DNA of 58,743 nucleotides, the filler included, from Sphacelaria rigidula (Eukaryota): the NCBI GenBank assembly GCA_964200075.2. It is 6 parts of 6 records of this genome, joined end to end, with 100 filler letters (N's around TTAATTAATTAA, not from the genome) between each part and the next. Parts side by side here need not be neighbours in the genome. Positions count along the whole stretch, not along the records: positions 9,811 to 19,518 come from CAXNAA020007920.1; positions 19,619 to 29,326 come from CAXNAA020007921.1; 4 more parts are not named here. The stretch is one strand, 5' to 3'. Shown one piece after another: positions 11,472 to 24,743 of this stretch. The notes below the pieces were generated by a model, which saw nothing but the letters and a program-made list of their open reading frames with translations, made no database searches and was not told the DNA's origin. Each line of letters starts with the position of its first letter. The stretch's first letter is position 1. The position numbers were made by a program, and so were the translations under genes.

Positions 11472-14400
11472 TGTTGAGGTATGTTTCTCATGCATTCATA
11501 CTCATACGCATGTTGGGTCAAGCCATCCACGCTACTTTGAGGGGCATGGGTTTTGTGGGCTGTTCCCTGACATGACGTGTATCCATCTGCCTTGACCGGC
11601 ATCCGTGGATTACCTCGATGGAGCACAAGCAGTTTAGGGAAGTTTTGTTTTTCTCGGACGGCCGAGTTTCCTTTGAGAGACAGAGAGATAGCCATGACGA
11701 CTGATGTACCAGTTCAGAGGAGGTGTGTTGCAAAAATCTAGACGATGCAGTCTATATTCTCATTGTGTTTGAATGAAGTCGTTGCAACAAAAGATAGCTG
11801 TACAAGTTATTGCGGTTCGATGAAACAACGAACCATGTAAGACCGTTTCATTAGTATCCTATTCACGGAGGGTACCTCTTTTGTGTTGATGATTTATAGT
11901 CTACCTGTGTGAATGACGTTTCAGGTAGGATACTGCTACAGTAGGCGTGTTGCCATGATTTGCCAATGAAAGATACTCTAGCAGAGTGATTAGGCTACGT
12001 AAGCTACAGGATATCTTGTGTGCAACTTTGCAGTTAATCTAAGCTGCCAGGGCTACCGCGTCAGCATTAGCGAGGTTGAATTGAATGATACGATTAGACC
12101 TTACGTACGTGTAGAGCGTTTGATTCCTCGTCCAGTATTGAGCATGGTTGTAACCGGCGGTTTCTATCGCCCTTGCAATCCCTCTCCCAAGCTTACCAAG
12201 TTTACCCAGCTCTTTTTCATTTCCTTAGCACTCTGCTTGCAAAAGAGGCTGCCTTGATTTTGTTCGGCCGAAGTGAAGAGCTCCAAACACTATTTTTGTC
12301 TTTGGACTTTCTGTCTGCTGCAGGAGCAAGTGGTTTGACTACCACTGTGCAACCTCTGCTAGACCACTGTCTCTGCGACAGTAGTCGATCTGTTTCGAGG
12401 ACAGTACCAAACGCCACGGGCCACGAATATTTTCAACAGGTTTTGAGCCTTCGATTCGCGATCACGTAGTCCTTCACGTCATCGGTCTTCGATTCGAGAC
12501 TGCAAAGGTCAGCACGAGCGAGGGGAAGTCACTCCAAGATCGTCTCAGCAGCATCAATCAGAAGACCAAGAAATCAGACCCTTTCACAGGATCTGCAGGT
12601 GTGACTAAAAAGGTTTACAAATAAAACTTGGGGCAGATGAATATATCGAGAGAGCCATCTGTAACTCAACTCATCAGGAGTATCAACAAGTTCGACGGTC
12701 GAAATTCCTCGAGTGGACACGCTCTACGCGCACGATATTTCCCTTGACTCATCCGGGGATATCTAATATCCTCAACGAGGTTAAACGCCCCCCGGAAGTT
12801 CATGATGAAGATTATTCTGAGGTAGATCACCCGCAACCAGCTGCCAGATCGACATGAAGAACAAGCCCCATTACGACCCGTTCCAGAAGCCATCAGCAGC
12901 CGCCCGCTCGTTCGCCGTTACCATCGGTGGAGGCAACCGCGGGAAGCGAGACGACAGCAGCGGCGGGTGATACTGAAACTACTGGCGATCAAGCCCAACT
13001 TCCTGTTCAAGAAGTGTCTGATCATCCCAGCGTGGAGACAAATGTAAGACAAATTTTGAACACGCGTGAGATACAAAACTGGGACCGGTATAACGAACAG
13101 TTGTTCAACGTTTTATACTTATCGACAACTTGTTCAGTAGCAAGTTACCTCTTGCGTTTTCAGCCAAAGTGTTCAGAGAATCCAAACGGCAAATGTGCGT
13201 GGGAAGGATTGGTAGTCAAGTACCGAAATTCATCTAACCAAAGACGCCGCTTACTGATGCTACAGCTGGACACCATGACCATCTCACCAGGGCAAGACCC
13301 GGACGTTTTTCTAGAAAAACTGTTCCAGCTCCGAGACGAGCTCGTGCACATTGGCGAGCCCATCTCCGACGAACGACTTACTGATATCATAGTCGAGGGT
13401 CTAACCAGCGAGTATGACCAAGTAAAATATAACGCAGAACGAGATCCAGACTTCAGCATCGGGGATATCGAAACTACCCTAAGTAATATGTATGTATGTC
13501 AATAGACTGGCGAGGAAAGTAACTGCGAGCAGATCATATGGCCGAGATTCAACAATAATGGCAGCAGCAATGCCGAACTCCTCCAACCAGCCTGCGAAAT
13601 TTCGCGGAAAATGCTACTGCTGCGGGAAAGTAGGTCACCGTATGAGCGACTGTCGTTCCAGACGACAGTCCAATAATGGAAATATGCCTGTAAAATGGTG
13701 CGCTCTTCATCGCACTGATCAACATGACGATTCAGAATGCTATAGCCAACGCAACAACACCAACCGCGACGACAACAATAGCAACGACAACAATAGCAAC
13801 GACAACAACAAGAGCAACGACAACATCTTCGACGGACATCATCGCCAAGCCAATACTACCATCGCCGATCCAGCTTCCACGACCGTGCAATCGAACAACC
13901 ATCACCAACACATTTCAACATCTTCAGCTGCACCTGCGACCGATACCTGCCCACCATCAAACGGTATCGGGTTTTCCTTCCTTTCAGGTTCGCATGTCAC
14001 TGCCAATCATTGTACACCCGACGAAATTTTCTTCAAGATGGCAGTTGACAGTGGCTCTAGCGGGCATTCTTGGATAATCAACTATTATTGCCGATTGTCG
14101 AACCTGAGATGGTTGATTACGTGAAGCTCGATCCACCGATGAGCATTTTTACTGCTGGACGTCATCTCCTACAGGGTACGGGAAGAGGTATTATTAACAC
14201 CATCGTTACTGATTCTGAAGGAATCCAGCGCTCTGTCCAGCTTCCTGCCGTGACTGTTCCAGGTCTGGGGAGACAACTGTTCTCTTCGGTAGAGGCAGTG
14301 ACAAAAGAAACGTCAGCCGTATTTTCAGGTGATTCCTACGTAGACCTCGGGGATTTTAAAATTCCGATTAGCAACTGCGGAGGAGCGTTACACTACATTA

Positions 14401-14970
14401 GCATGCGGGTTGCTTAGAATTCGAAAGCCTTGAACAAAAGGATCGAGTCAGCACTCACAACTACGGTATTATCCGGAGAATGTATGGGGATGGGCACAGC
14501 ATTATCAGCCGCAGTGTTTCCGCCGAACAAGACGGGAGCCGTCAAGATCGTAGAAACGCCTCCGACAGCAGCCGGCAGAAAAGTCAAAACTGTGTGCCGT
14601 TCAGCCGGAGAGATGGGCAAGAGTCGAAACTACAGTAGATCTAGATATTCATGGGTCAGGCCTGCAACTGCATGCATTGGTACGGAAAATAAACGAAATT
14701 TAAAATCCCATGAAAAGAACAGGCCGGTCAACTCTACAGCGGCAGAAAACAGCAGGCGCGGAAATTACAAGAGGGATACAGGAACGAACGTTATTCCATC
14801 TTCTACAACGAAGAGACTAACAACTTCACGGCAGAAGGCCCGTGATCAACATCAGCAGCAGCCGCAGCCCTATCGTCGCCATCATCGGCATCAGCAACAG
14901 TCGCAGTCCCATCGCCGCCATCACCAGCATGAGCAGCAGCCCAAGATATTGCACCCGGGCAGCTCCGACA
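11472..14970 (+). mobile_element. Second Ty1/Copia element: 5' LTR 11472-12438, PBS 12439-12449, gag and protease; truncated
   Basis: LTR termini TGTTGA...TCAACA, followed by GGTTTTGAGCC (one mismatch to the Copia internal tRNA-Met PBS GGTTATGAGCC). Copia-type gag in 12927-13505, CYCCGKVGHRMSDC knuckle, protease VDSGSSGH...VPGLGRQLFS. Confidence 0.82.
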
Positions 14971-17376
14971 TATAAGGCCCTCCTGGACTCAGAACAAGGT
15001 CACAAGATAGCTCCAAGGGCTTCCTCCCTCACCAGGGCCTGGAGACTTCGAGACAGTTGTTATTCATAAACACACAGCCTTCGTTATCGGAAGTAACCAC
15101 ATGCGTGAAGCATGTGATGTTCAAATCCACATAGTCTGCCGATCAGACCCGCAAGTCCGTCAACCAATAGAAAACGCCTGCAGCAGATTGTTCCACTTGT
15201 AGATCACCATGAACCTGCACGTACGTGTACTGGAGGTGGACTACTTTACAGCACCCCCCAAAACTCCGCACTACTCGAAGTAGAACGCGAGTTTGACAAA
15301 ACAGTAGACACCGACTATCATGTATGCTACTTTTGTCCCCCCGGTAATGACACACGATCTTGTACTGTCATGTTTCACAAAAACAATAATGTGCATAACC
15401 TTGAACATCGACACTCAACGACAGTGTCTCAAGCGAACTCAGGAAAGTCACCCACTCTCCAACCGTAATTCCCACGTAAGCATTCTCACAAAGCAAAGGT
15501 GTCAAGTATAGTACCATCTTAACCAGTAGCATTCGATATCATCATATTTTCAAAGCTTCATACCATACTTTGCCTGCAAATGTGCTTGCATCTTTTTGTT
15601 TAGTCCCAACTTACGCAACTCAGATTTTACAAATTGCGGGGCTCCGTCCAAAATATTTTTCCAGAGAGGCTCCCACGAGTTTTCATCTTTGCCAAATCCG
15701 ACCCACTCCACTTGTACACAAAATCTATCCCCTGCTTCGTCCTCAGATATACCGACCATAGCCGCCATCTCGAACTCGCCTTTTGCAAAAGCATACTGGA
15801 ACACCTCCTTAACATCAGCCGCAATCTTCAGCTCCTTGTCGGCATACAATCGAAGGCGGGCGACATGCACATCCTGTACCTCACCATTCACAATGTTCTG
15901 TACCCCGTACACATGTTGTTGTTCCGCCGTCACAATCCGCCAAGGCCCCGTCCACGTACTCACAAGCTTCGGCGTAGTTCCCGAACGCCTCACCCTCGCC
16001 GCCAGCACGTAATCGTCCACCACAAAGTTAGGAAGCTTCCCCTTTCTAGCCACACGTCTCTGTAGATTTCGATTCTTATCGACACGCTGCGCCACCTTCT
16101 TGTGCAACTCTTGCTGAGCCTCAACGGTTGACGTCACCTGTCGTCTCAAAGCGTCTTCGTCAGGCACATCGACGCTCCATTCGCCCCCAGCTGACGATGC
16201 CAGAGTAGAGAAACTGGTGCGCGGTGCCCGATCAAACATAACATGGTATGGCGTGCTAGCATAACGCTCTCGGAAAGCAGTGTTCAATGCCCACTGCACT
16301 GCAGGTACCAAACTCACCCACTCACGAACATCACGCCTTTCCTCTTGCAACATTGCCTTCAAGGTACGAACAATCTCACGCATCATTCGCTCACAGGTAC
16401 CATTAGACCATGGCGAGTTAGCCACCGCGAATCGGCGATCCAGCTTCAGCGCATTCTCAAGCGCTCGCATTGAAATGCGATGCCGTATCGCTGACTCATA
16501 CGTCTGGCGACCCCAGCGTTTTGCACCATGTCAACAGATGCTTCACCGTCGTAGCAGCAGCAACTGAAGGATCAATCTCTTCATCCTGCCAATATTTCGC
16601 GTGTCGGCCTAGTGCCTCCTTGAGATCATCTTCGTCAAGCACGGATCCGTCAAAAAACGCGCGTGACAAACACGCACGGATGTGCCTCGGCACCAGTTCA
16701 GTAACAGTCAGTAAGACGGCCTGCATGCTACGTCCTTTGTTGTTCATTTTGACCGCCTCTTCATACTCGACATATTTCTGATAAAAACGTCGGGACGCAT
16801 TTTCGCTAAAATGACGTCCGTACTCTGGGGCTTTCAGCGATCCTGCAGGCATAAGCTTAGTAAACTTGAACTTCACCTCTTCACCTGCATCGCCATCACC
16901 CACTTTCTTGCGCGTTGCCATAGCCGCACGCAACAGTTCCAGCCAACCTAGCCGTCTCTCCGTTGTCAGTGAGCTCCCTCACTTTACAACGTGCACACTG
17001 CTGTGTACAAAGTTTTAGATAATTTCTCCGCAGCTGCCCACAGCTGAAAACCCTCTTCCAGAAACCAGCGGGTTCCTCTTAATAAACGTTTATTATAGAG
17101 CCCTCCTGGACTCAGAACAAGGTCACAAGATTGCTCCAAGGGCTTCCTCCCTCACTAGGGCATGGGGACTTCAAGACAGTTGTTGTTATTCATGAACACA
17201 CAGCCTTCGTTATCGGAAGTAACCACATGCGTGAAGCATGTGATGTTCAAATCCACATAGTCTGCCGATCAGACCCGCAAGTCCGTCAACCAATAGAAAA
17301 CGCCTACAGCAGATTATTCCACTTGTAGGTCATCATGAACGTGCACGTACGTGTACTGGAGGTGGTCTACTCTACA
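14971..17376 (-). mobile_element. Internally deleted chromodomain-bearing Ty3/Gypsy element with both LTRs (17094-17376 and 14971-15250)
   Basis: Direct repeats of ~280 bp, about 95% identical by eye. Gag N-terminus in 16496-16933. Integrase (VSD..SHF, SPWSNGTCERM, WTGPWRI) and chromodomain (VEWVGFGKDENSWEP) in 15550-16470. G-rich PPT at 15251-15263. Confidence 0.93.
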
Positions 17377-19478
17377 GCCCGTGTCCTTTGTGTGTCCTCG
17401 CTCGGCGATTACTAATCGCTCGAGAGACTGACATCATCGATGTTACCAGCATGTGCCCAATTTTCCATGTGCCAGAACATCGAGCTGCGGGGAGATTTTC
17501 GCTCGTCTTACAATTGCCTGTCGCACACCAATGCGAAGATCGATTTCTCTCTGCCTCCTTTTTTGGATAGGACGCGCCTCTGTGCGCTGAAAAACATGTT
17601 GAAAAACAGGGCAATGTTCCCGTTATCGCTACTACTGTTCTCTGTCACACACATGCCAGTAAGGGCGGTGCTGCGGCGAAAACAACAGACAGATTCAATT
17701 TGAACTTGGGGAGGTGTTATTTATCGTTGATTTTACCCGACATGTATGTGAGTAATCCTCTGGGTGCCCGACGACAAGAGCGTGCGAGACGCCAGTTGGG
17801 GGGGGCGGGTGTATGAGACACCGAACACTTGTGGAGATCTTCTTGACATGCGGAGTGAAAAAAATACCTATGGTGGTGACCAAACCGTTGCAAGCGTGGT
17901 CCAGAGGGGTGCGTCCATGCTGCAATCTGGAGCACGCGCTAGCTGCGTGAATACCTCGGTACAGTAGCTTTCACGCATTATTTCGGATGTGAAGAGATCA
18001 CGCATTACAACTTGAGGTGAGATATGATCTCACGAAGAACAAGGGTGCTCCACGATCAACCACTTGTCGTTGCATTTGACACCCACACCATCAACCGCCG
18101 ACAGCAAAGGTCTTGTGGCTTTCAAGCAACGCTGGCGGCAGTACGGCAGGCAAACCCGATCATAGCTAGCTTTCGTCGCTCTACTGGACTGGCTGGCGTC
18201 TGCACAGAGGTCGCCCGGCGTAGCAATATGTACCAAATTTCGCAACCGCTGTAAAAAGAAAACATTTCGGTTTTCCCAACTACATACACATGATTGAAAG
18301 AACTCTCAAGACCTGAGGGAACGTGGCTTCCCTGTCCCCCCGCCAGGTATAAAAGAACAACGACAGAGTTTTTGCAACCGCATGTAACACTCACGGGGAA
18401 ACATATAGGTTCTCCTCTTTGAAATTCCTCATTTTCCAACCTGCAAACCGTTTAATGCCCGTTGCTTTCTAACAAAAATGTTAAACTGTCAATTTCTGTT
18501 CCGTTCTGAACTGATTGCGGTATTTCAATGTCAGCAAAGCTTGGTATTCCTGTTTTAGCACCGTGTGGATGAACCCAAAGCCGCCACTTTCCCTCAGGTC
18601 TTGAAAGTCGTTTGAATTTGGTGGATGAAGTTGAGAAAAATCAACTGTTTGGCTTTCTCACTCGTTGCGAACTTCGGTCGGGAGTAAGTACGGCAGCAAC
18701 GAAAGCTAGCTATGATCGCGGGTTTACCTGCCGTACTACCCGACAGCGTTACGTGAAAGCCACAAGACCTTTGCTGTTGGCGGTTGATGACGTGGGTCTC
18801 AAATACAACGACAAGTGGTTGACGGTAGAGCACTCTCGTCCAGCTTGTCATGACCTCCTGACATCGGAATAAATCTGGAAAGCTACTCGTACTGTACCGA
18901 GCCAGGTGTTCACGCGATCAGCGTGTGCTCCAGGTTGCAGCATGGACGGACTCCTATGCGCCACACTAGCAGCAGTTAGGTCACCACCATACATACGTAT
19001 CTTTTTTCACGCCACATGTCAAAACGATCTCTATAAGTGTTTGACCTCTCATATACCCCACTCAACTGGCGTATGACAGGCTGTTCTCGTCGGGCACCCA
19101 GAGGGTCAGATGTCGGTAAGCTCAATGATGAATAACACCCCCACGTTCAAATTGAATCTATTTGTTATGGCCGCACCACCGCCCCTGCTGGCATGTGTGT
19201 GACAGAGAACAGTAGTGGTAGCGATAGCGGGAACATCGCCCTGTTTTTCAACGACATGTTCTTCGGCGCACAGAGGCGCGTCCTGTCCAAAAGGGGAGGC
19301 AGAGAGAAATCGATCTTCGCATTCGTGAGCTCGACAGGCGATTGTAAGACGAGAGAAAAACTCTCCGCAGCTCGCTGTTTCGGCACATGGAAAATTGGGC
19401 ACCTGCTGATAACATCGGTGATGTCAGTCTCTCGAGACTTCAGTAATCGCCGAGCGAGGACACATAAAGGACACGGGC
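17377..19478. mobile_element. Foldback / long-TIR non-autonomous DNA element
   Basis: 17377-~18330 is an imperfect inverted repeat of ~18578-19478 (GCCCGTGTCCTTT.../...AAAGGACACGGGC), with a ~250 bp spacer and no credible ORF. Confidence 0.85.
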
Positions 19479-20824
19479 GAGGAGGTCCCTCTCTGTCGTT
19501 GCTTCTCTCTCTGGTGATNNNNNNNNNNNNNNNNNNNNNNNNNNNNNNNNNNNNNNNNNNNNTTAATTAATTAANNNNNNNNNNNNNNNNNNNNNNNNNN
19601 NNNNNNNNNNNNNNNNNNGCCGGGGGCGGGGGGGGGAGGGTGGGGGGAGTGCGAAGAGGGGGGAGAGCGGGGCGTTGTTGGGATTTCACCTTCTTGACGC
19701 GTAGGAGCGTTATACTCTACACGTGATGTTGACAGGTGTGTGGGTCCATCCTCTAGGAACCAGTCTTCACCATCCTTTAGTTCTTTCATGGTATGGGGCT
19801 CTTGTTTCGATTCGTCCAAACCGAGAAAGATGGGCTTCCACACGTCACTCTCCCCACCACGACAAAACTACATCACCACGACAGGAGCACACATGCCATG
19901 TACGGGTCATGTGGTCGACAAAATATTTCAGATCGAAACGACAACCAGATCCTTCAACTAGCTCCTTACTGCACTGTAATCTCAAGGAGTTCCGGTGCCT
20001 TGAAGGGATTGCGCTGCAGTTCCGATTTTTATTTACTCGTACAGTGTAATCCGATGTTACTTCTTCGGTATCATATATCAACAGTTAACACGATATTACA
20101 GGAAATAAAATAAAATGTACACAATATGAATCACTCGCACGACCGATAAAAGCTATAAAGCTAAACTCTTGCATCATCCTTACCCCTGATTTCCCCCAGC
20201 GTTCGCGTGTCCTCTTCCTCTGACGAGGAACCTGAGGAACGTTCTCCACCTCCCGTCCATTCCGATTCTGAGCCTGAGCCGGTCATCAGAAGTGCTGTGA
20301 CCCGGTATCCTAGTCACGCTGAACGGGATAACCTGGGTTTCGTGTCAACCAACCAGCACCATACGACAACGGTCTGCGATCAATGTCTAGTTTCGGTGCA
20401 AAATATGTGGATTCAAAACGTTGTTTGGTGCCTCCAGGAAGAACAAGCCCTTTGCTTTGCTTACTTTGCTTTTGCCCTGTACAAGCACGACACAACGACA
20501 ACGTCAACACGCGCGAGTGATGCGCGGCGCGGTATGGGTCAGAAACGAGCGAACCCCAGGCGCTTGACAATTTTCACACGTCCGACAGCTCATGAGCTAC
20601 GGATTGTATCCGAATGTTCCTTGCTGTTAGTGTACTGATCCTGAGCTAGCTCATTTGGCCAGTTTTTCCATATTTGCTCCCTACAGCGCTGGAAGCCGAG
20701 CACGCGGAGTAAAGGGAAGGTAACACTTTGACTTCTCCAACACTGCTGTCACGTAATTTGTGTTCCTGGACAATGGTCTGAGAGTCCTCTTCGACTCGTT
20801 ATTTTCACGTGGTTAATGAGCCTG

Positions 20825-21250
20825 TCGCCCCGGTGGCTCAGTTGGTAACCTCGAAACCTCTTGACGAGGTCAAGGGTTCGAATCTCGGAGCGATCTGGGA
20901 TTTGTTTTCACACAATGCCCAACAGTGGAGAGCGACTACGTCGTGGGTACACAAAATTCGACGTAACGGTCGACGAGGGAAAGGGATTGCTGAACCCCTC
21001 TCGCGATAAAAAATAAGGCAAACACCTGCAAGCACCGCAGAAGGAAGGTGGAGAACTAATACAAAAAAAAATAGAATACTCCTGTGTTGGCCTTCCTCCT
21101 GTGTGACCCCGGCTGGTGCGCCCACATATACCGAAAGGTGTAGACCGGCATCCAGAATAAATGGGACGGCAACACAACACGTAGGTCACGAGCTGTCTGA
21201 CGTCTGATAATTTTCCGACGCGAAAATCTGGAAGAAAGTTGGCAGAGCTC
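20825..21250 (+). mobile_element. tRNA-derived SINE-like element
   Basis: Pol III A box TGGCTCAGTTGG (~20834) and B box GGTTCGAATC (~20875) in a head that does not fold into a full cloverleaf. The 3' boundary is approximate. Confidence 0.65.
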
Positions 21251-21456
21251 AAAGAAAGCTCAAAGCTCAGCGACCCAGAGTATTCGGTGTGTTCAGAGTA
21301 TTGGAAGCATTCGGGAGGTAGGACCCCCCGGTCACAGGATACGAGGTAGGTGCGAGGGAAGAGACCACGAAGCTCTAAATCGATGTGACGTGGGGAAGGG
21401 GGTGTTATCGCCTGTCTCCCCCCTGTTCATCTTGGTTAAAATAAGGTTGTGTTGTG

Positions 21457-21606
21457 TAGGGTACGGTTTTTTTAACACGCGGGGTATTTACCCGGGTAAT
21501 ACCCGTGCACCACAGGTTCTGTAAGTGCTGCAAGATACCCTACCGGTACCAGACAGATTTTTTGAGTTAAGAACTCTCGTACACAACCGGACGTACCCGT
21601 ACCCTA
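21457..21606. mobile_element. Small MITE-like element
   Basis: TIR TAGGGTACGG...CCGTACCCTA with internal TACCC/GGGTA motifs; no clear TSD. Confidence 0.45.
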
Positions 21607-24469
21607 GGCGTACAGAGGCCAACCTTGCTCATTGGTCGTGGACATGTACGCGCACTCGTGGGGTGATCTTTTTATCCGTATCCATCACCTAATTTCGTCT
21701 CCTCGATTGATTTAATAATAATGCCATCTTCTTCAGCAGGAGTTCTGGGCCCTACGATATCACGGTCTGACAGTAAATTCGCAACGGAAACTCGGTGACG
21801 ACTTGAGCTACAACAACAGTACTTGTACAGCTGCCGGCAGCTGAAATATTTACAGTCTCCCGACCATTTTGAATCAAGAACATACCTCGCTCACCAGCAG
21901 CTGGGAAACTTTGTGTATTCCTGGAAGCCTTGTTTTTTGTGACGATATATGCACAGTGCAGCACGCCAGGAGAGTACCGTATGGTACGACTGCAGGGGCT
22001 GTACTGCGTTCACGGTTCAGCGGTGCAGCGTGTACCAGGTGTGTATTCCTCGGCAATTGCTCTATTATATACCAGATAGATCTCCGTAGATTTCAACCAT
22101 ATTTTATGTTCCCGAACCGTTCTTTGTGCCACACTCTGTTCCTCATGGTGCAGGAACAAGCACTACAAACTTGGTGCTGTGTCCGGTCGCATGGAATGCC
22201 ATGTTGCTCTCTATGAAGCACAGTGCAGAAAGATGGTGCAGTGCAGTAGTTTTTTTTCAAGTAAATAATATAAATTGATGAAACACCATTTCATCCGGCC
22301 AGCACGTCGAATTATCCACACAGTTTATGATTTTTCGTCACTCGCAGCTGTATGTACACCCGTGGGGGCAACAAGTACCTTCACAGGCGTCCCGCAGGGG
22401 AAACTTGGGATGTTTTGAACAGAAACTATCGCGTACAAAGCATAACACAAGTAGATAGTACGTAGCACAGAGAACATCTGCCAGCTGGAGGTGAAGGTAT
22501 TTTTTATTTCGAGTGGTACTGTTGTTGTACCACGGAAGGAGGGTACCTCGAGAAGAGGAAAATTGGCGAAAGTTGAAAAATAAAAAACACAAATGGAAGA
22601 TAACAATAAATCAGGAAATGAAGAAACGATAGACAAGTTGCGACACGACTCTTTCGTGGATCAGAGGTACTGACAAAAATACCTTCCTCCACGGTAGGAG
22701 TAGAAACGGGCACCCATGCCCCCGCTTGGAAGACGCAAGACATGTTAGGGAAGGGTGTGCGCCACAGCGTTGGGCAATGAGAAGAACCTACGGTCGGTCA
22801 CTGTGTTTGGTTGTGCAGTCTCTCAATTTGCTCTCAGTGGATCGGGGATTTCTCCATCCCTCGTCTCTGGAATAACTCGCACTTGTGCTTTTTCTGAAAC
22901 TGATTTCAGCTGGCTGTTGCTAGTTGCAGTCGCGATCAACATAAAACGACCAGCAAAGGCACGAGAGAAGCAAATACAAGGAACGCCAGATATATTCACT
23001 CGCGAATAGCATGGACGGTGGCAGGAGAAACAATGGCCGCCACGGCAGCGGTAACAGGTGGGCTATTCGCAATTATTTTTTTGGACATATCCTCCAGGGA
23101 AAGGCGACCCCCAAGAGAGCAAGGGCGGAGTGGAGATGAGGGTTCCGTGGGCCTCGATCAAAATATGTCGAAGATCATCCCAGCCCCCACCTAGATTGAT
23201 GGAGCGGGTTGCGATGTACGCTATGGTATCACCGCAGTTACCATACGCTGTTCATGGATGCCGCACTTTCACGGATGCCGCACTGTACAAAATGTTGCAT
23301 AACCGCACCGCGGCATCTTCAGTTAGGGGGATGGGGGGGGGCGGGGGGGGGGGGGGTCATTATTCCGCACAAGAATGTCGTGCGCACGAACCAGTCCTTG
23401 CAAATATCAGATGTGCGGACGGTTCGGATGGTCAATGACTGTACTGTGTCGTCAAATCTTTCGACAGCGACGCCCGCGTGGCAGTTGACAAGACTTGACC
23501 TCTCATCCCTACAACAACTGGATGGACTGGCATATTCATGTTATTTTGCGACCCAGACGTGGCTTTCATGAAGCTGTTGTACGATCGCCCTGGGGCAGGC
23601 TAGCCGTAGGTGCTGCAAATATCTCCAAATCAGTAGTCTTGAGTGTACAGACAACAGAATACAATGAGACCCCTTGTTATACGATAGCCCCCGGGAAGGC
23701 TTGCCGTAGGTGCTGCAATTATCCCCTAATCAGTAAGTAGTCTTGAGCATACAGACAACAGTATGCAGAGAGACCATTTTTTCGCGATGGGTTGGCCTTT
23801 GGTCTGTTCAGCAGGCGGTACAGACAGTAGAGTGATGTCCAATGCCAAGTTACTACTTCACTCGAGGGAAACGAGAAGGCTGATATGCACATAGTTGTCT
23901 TATACCAGCGCCGACCGAAAACTCCCTGTTCAGTTCCTAATCCCGATTCTACTGTTGTTGATAATCAGCTTTCTTGTGTACGAGAGAAATTTTCACGTTT
24001 GGCAGCGAGCGGGCAAAGCGTGACATGTTTTGTTCAGGCTCTTGCTTCTCAGGCCGTGTCTTATCGAATTGTTTTCGACTCGAAAACATGCGGTGGAATC
24101 GAGTTTGCCTGTACCTGGTACGTCCACCGCATCCTTGTTCTCAACCATCTGAGAAAATAAAGAGCGTGGGCGAACCATAATCGAGTTATTTCGATTCGAC
24201 CGCACGTTTTCGACACGAAAACAATTTAATAAGACACGACCTCACTCGTTTTTTCCAAAACAAATATGCGTCTTGTTCAAAAAGGGATCATTTTAAAGCG
24301 GAAACCCCGCCGAGGCGTTACAATTACTTGAGTTTAGTCTGTACGACCGGAAAACAACAACGCAAAGTTATGCGAGTCATGCGAAAGCACAAGAAGCAAA
24401 AGTTCAATGCTGTTGATGTCTATGGCAACGGCAAGAAAAAAGTATAGTTTGTTGCCTCTGGCCACGTTG

Positions 24470-24743
24470 AGGTACAGAAGTTCAGGGGCTGAAAAGTTTA
24501 AAGGGCAGGTCGAGTAGAGTATACTCAATTGCGGGGTATTTTGAAAGTCGTACTCGAAGTAAAAGAATTGGGCGCAGGGTTTCAGGTATCGCGTTCCAGC
24601 TGTCTTTTGGGTACGACTCCTAACTCTCTACCGTAATTTGACTGCCTCAAGTACGTCTTTCAAAATATTCCGCAACATAGGATACTCTTCTCGTCCTGCC
24701 CTTGAGAAGTTCCAAGGTTTTGCAAGAGCCAAGAGGTACACCT
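24470..24743. mobile_element. MITE-like inverted repeat element
   Basis: AGGGCAGGTCGAGTAGAGTAT..TTGCGGGGTATTTTGAAAG is inverted relative to CTTTCAAAATATTCCGCAA..ATACTCTTCTCGTCCTGCCCT. Confidence 0.55.

Noticed and set aside
19727..20083. Solo Copia LTR (TGTTGA...TCAACA)
   Set aside because: Only 6-bp termini, flanks do not form a TSD (CGTGA/GTTAA), and there is no second copy in the window.
20825..20900. Functional tRNA gene
   Set aside because: A and B boxes are present, but there is no convincing acceptor or anticodon stem; it fits a SINE head better.
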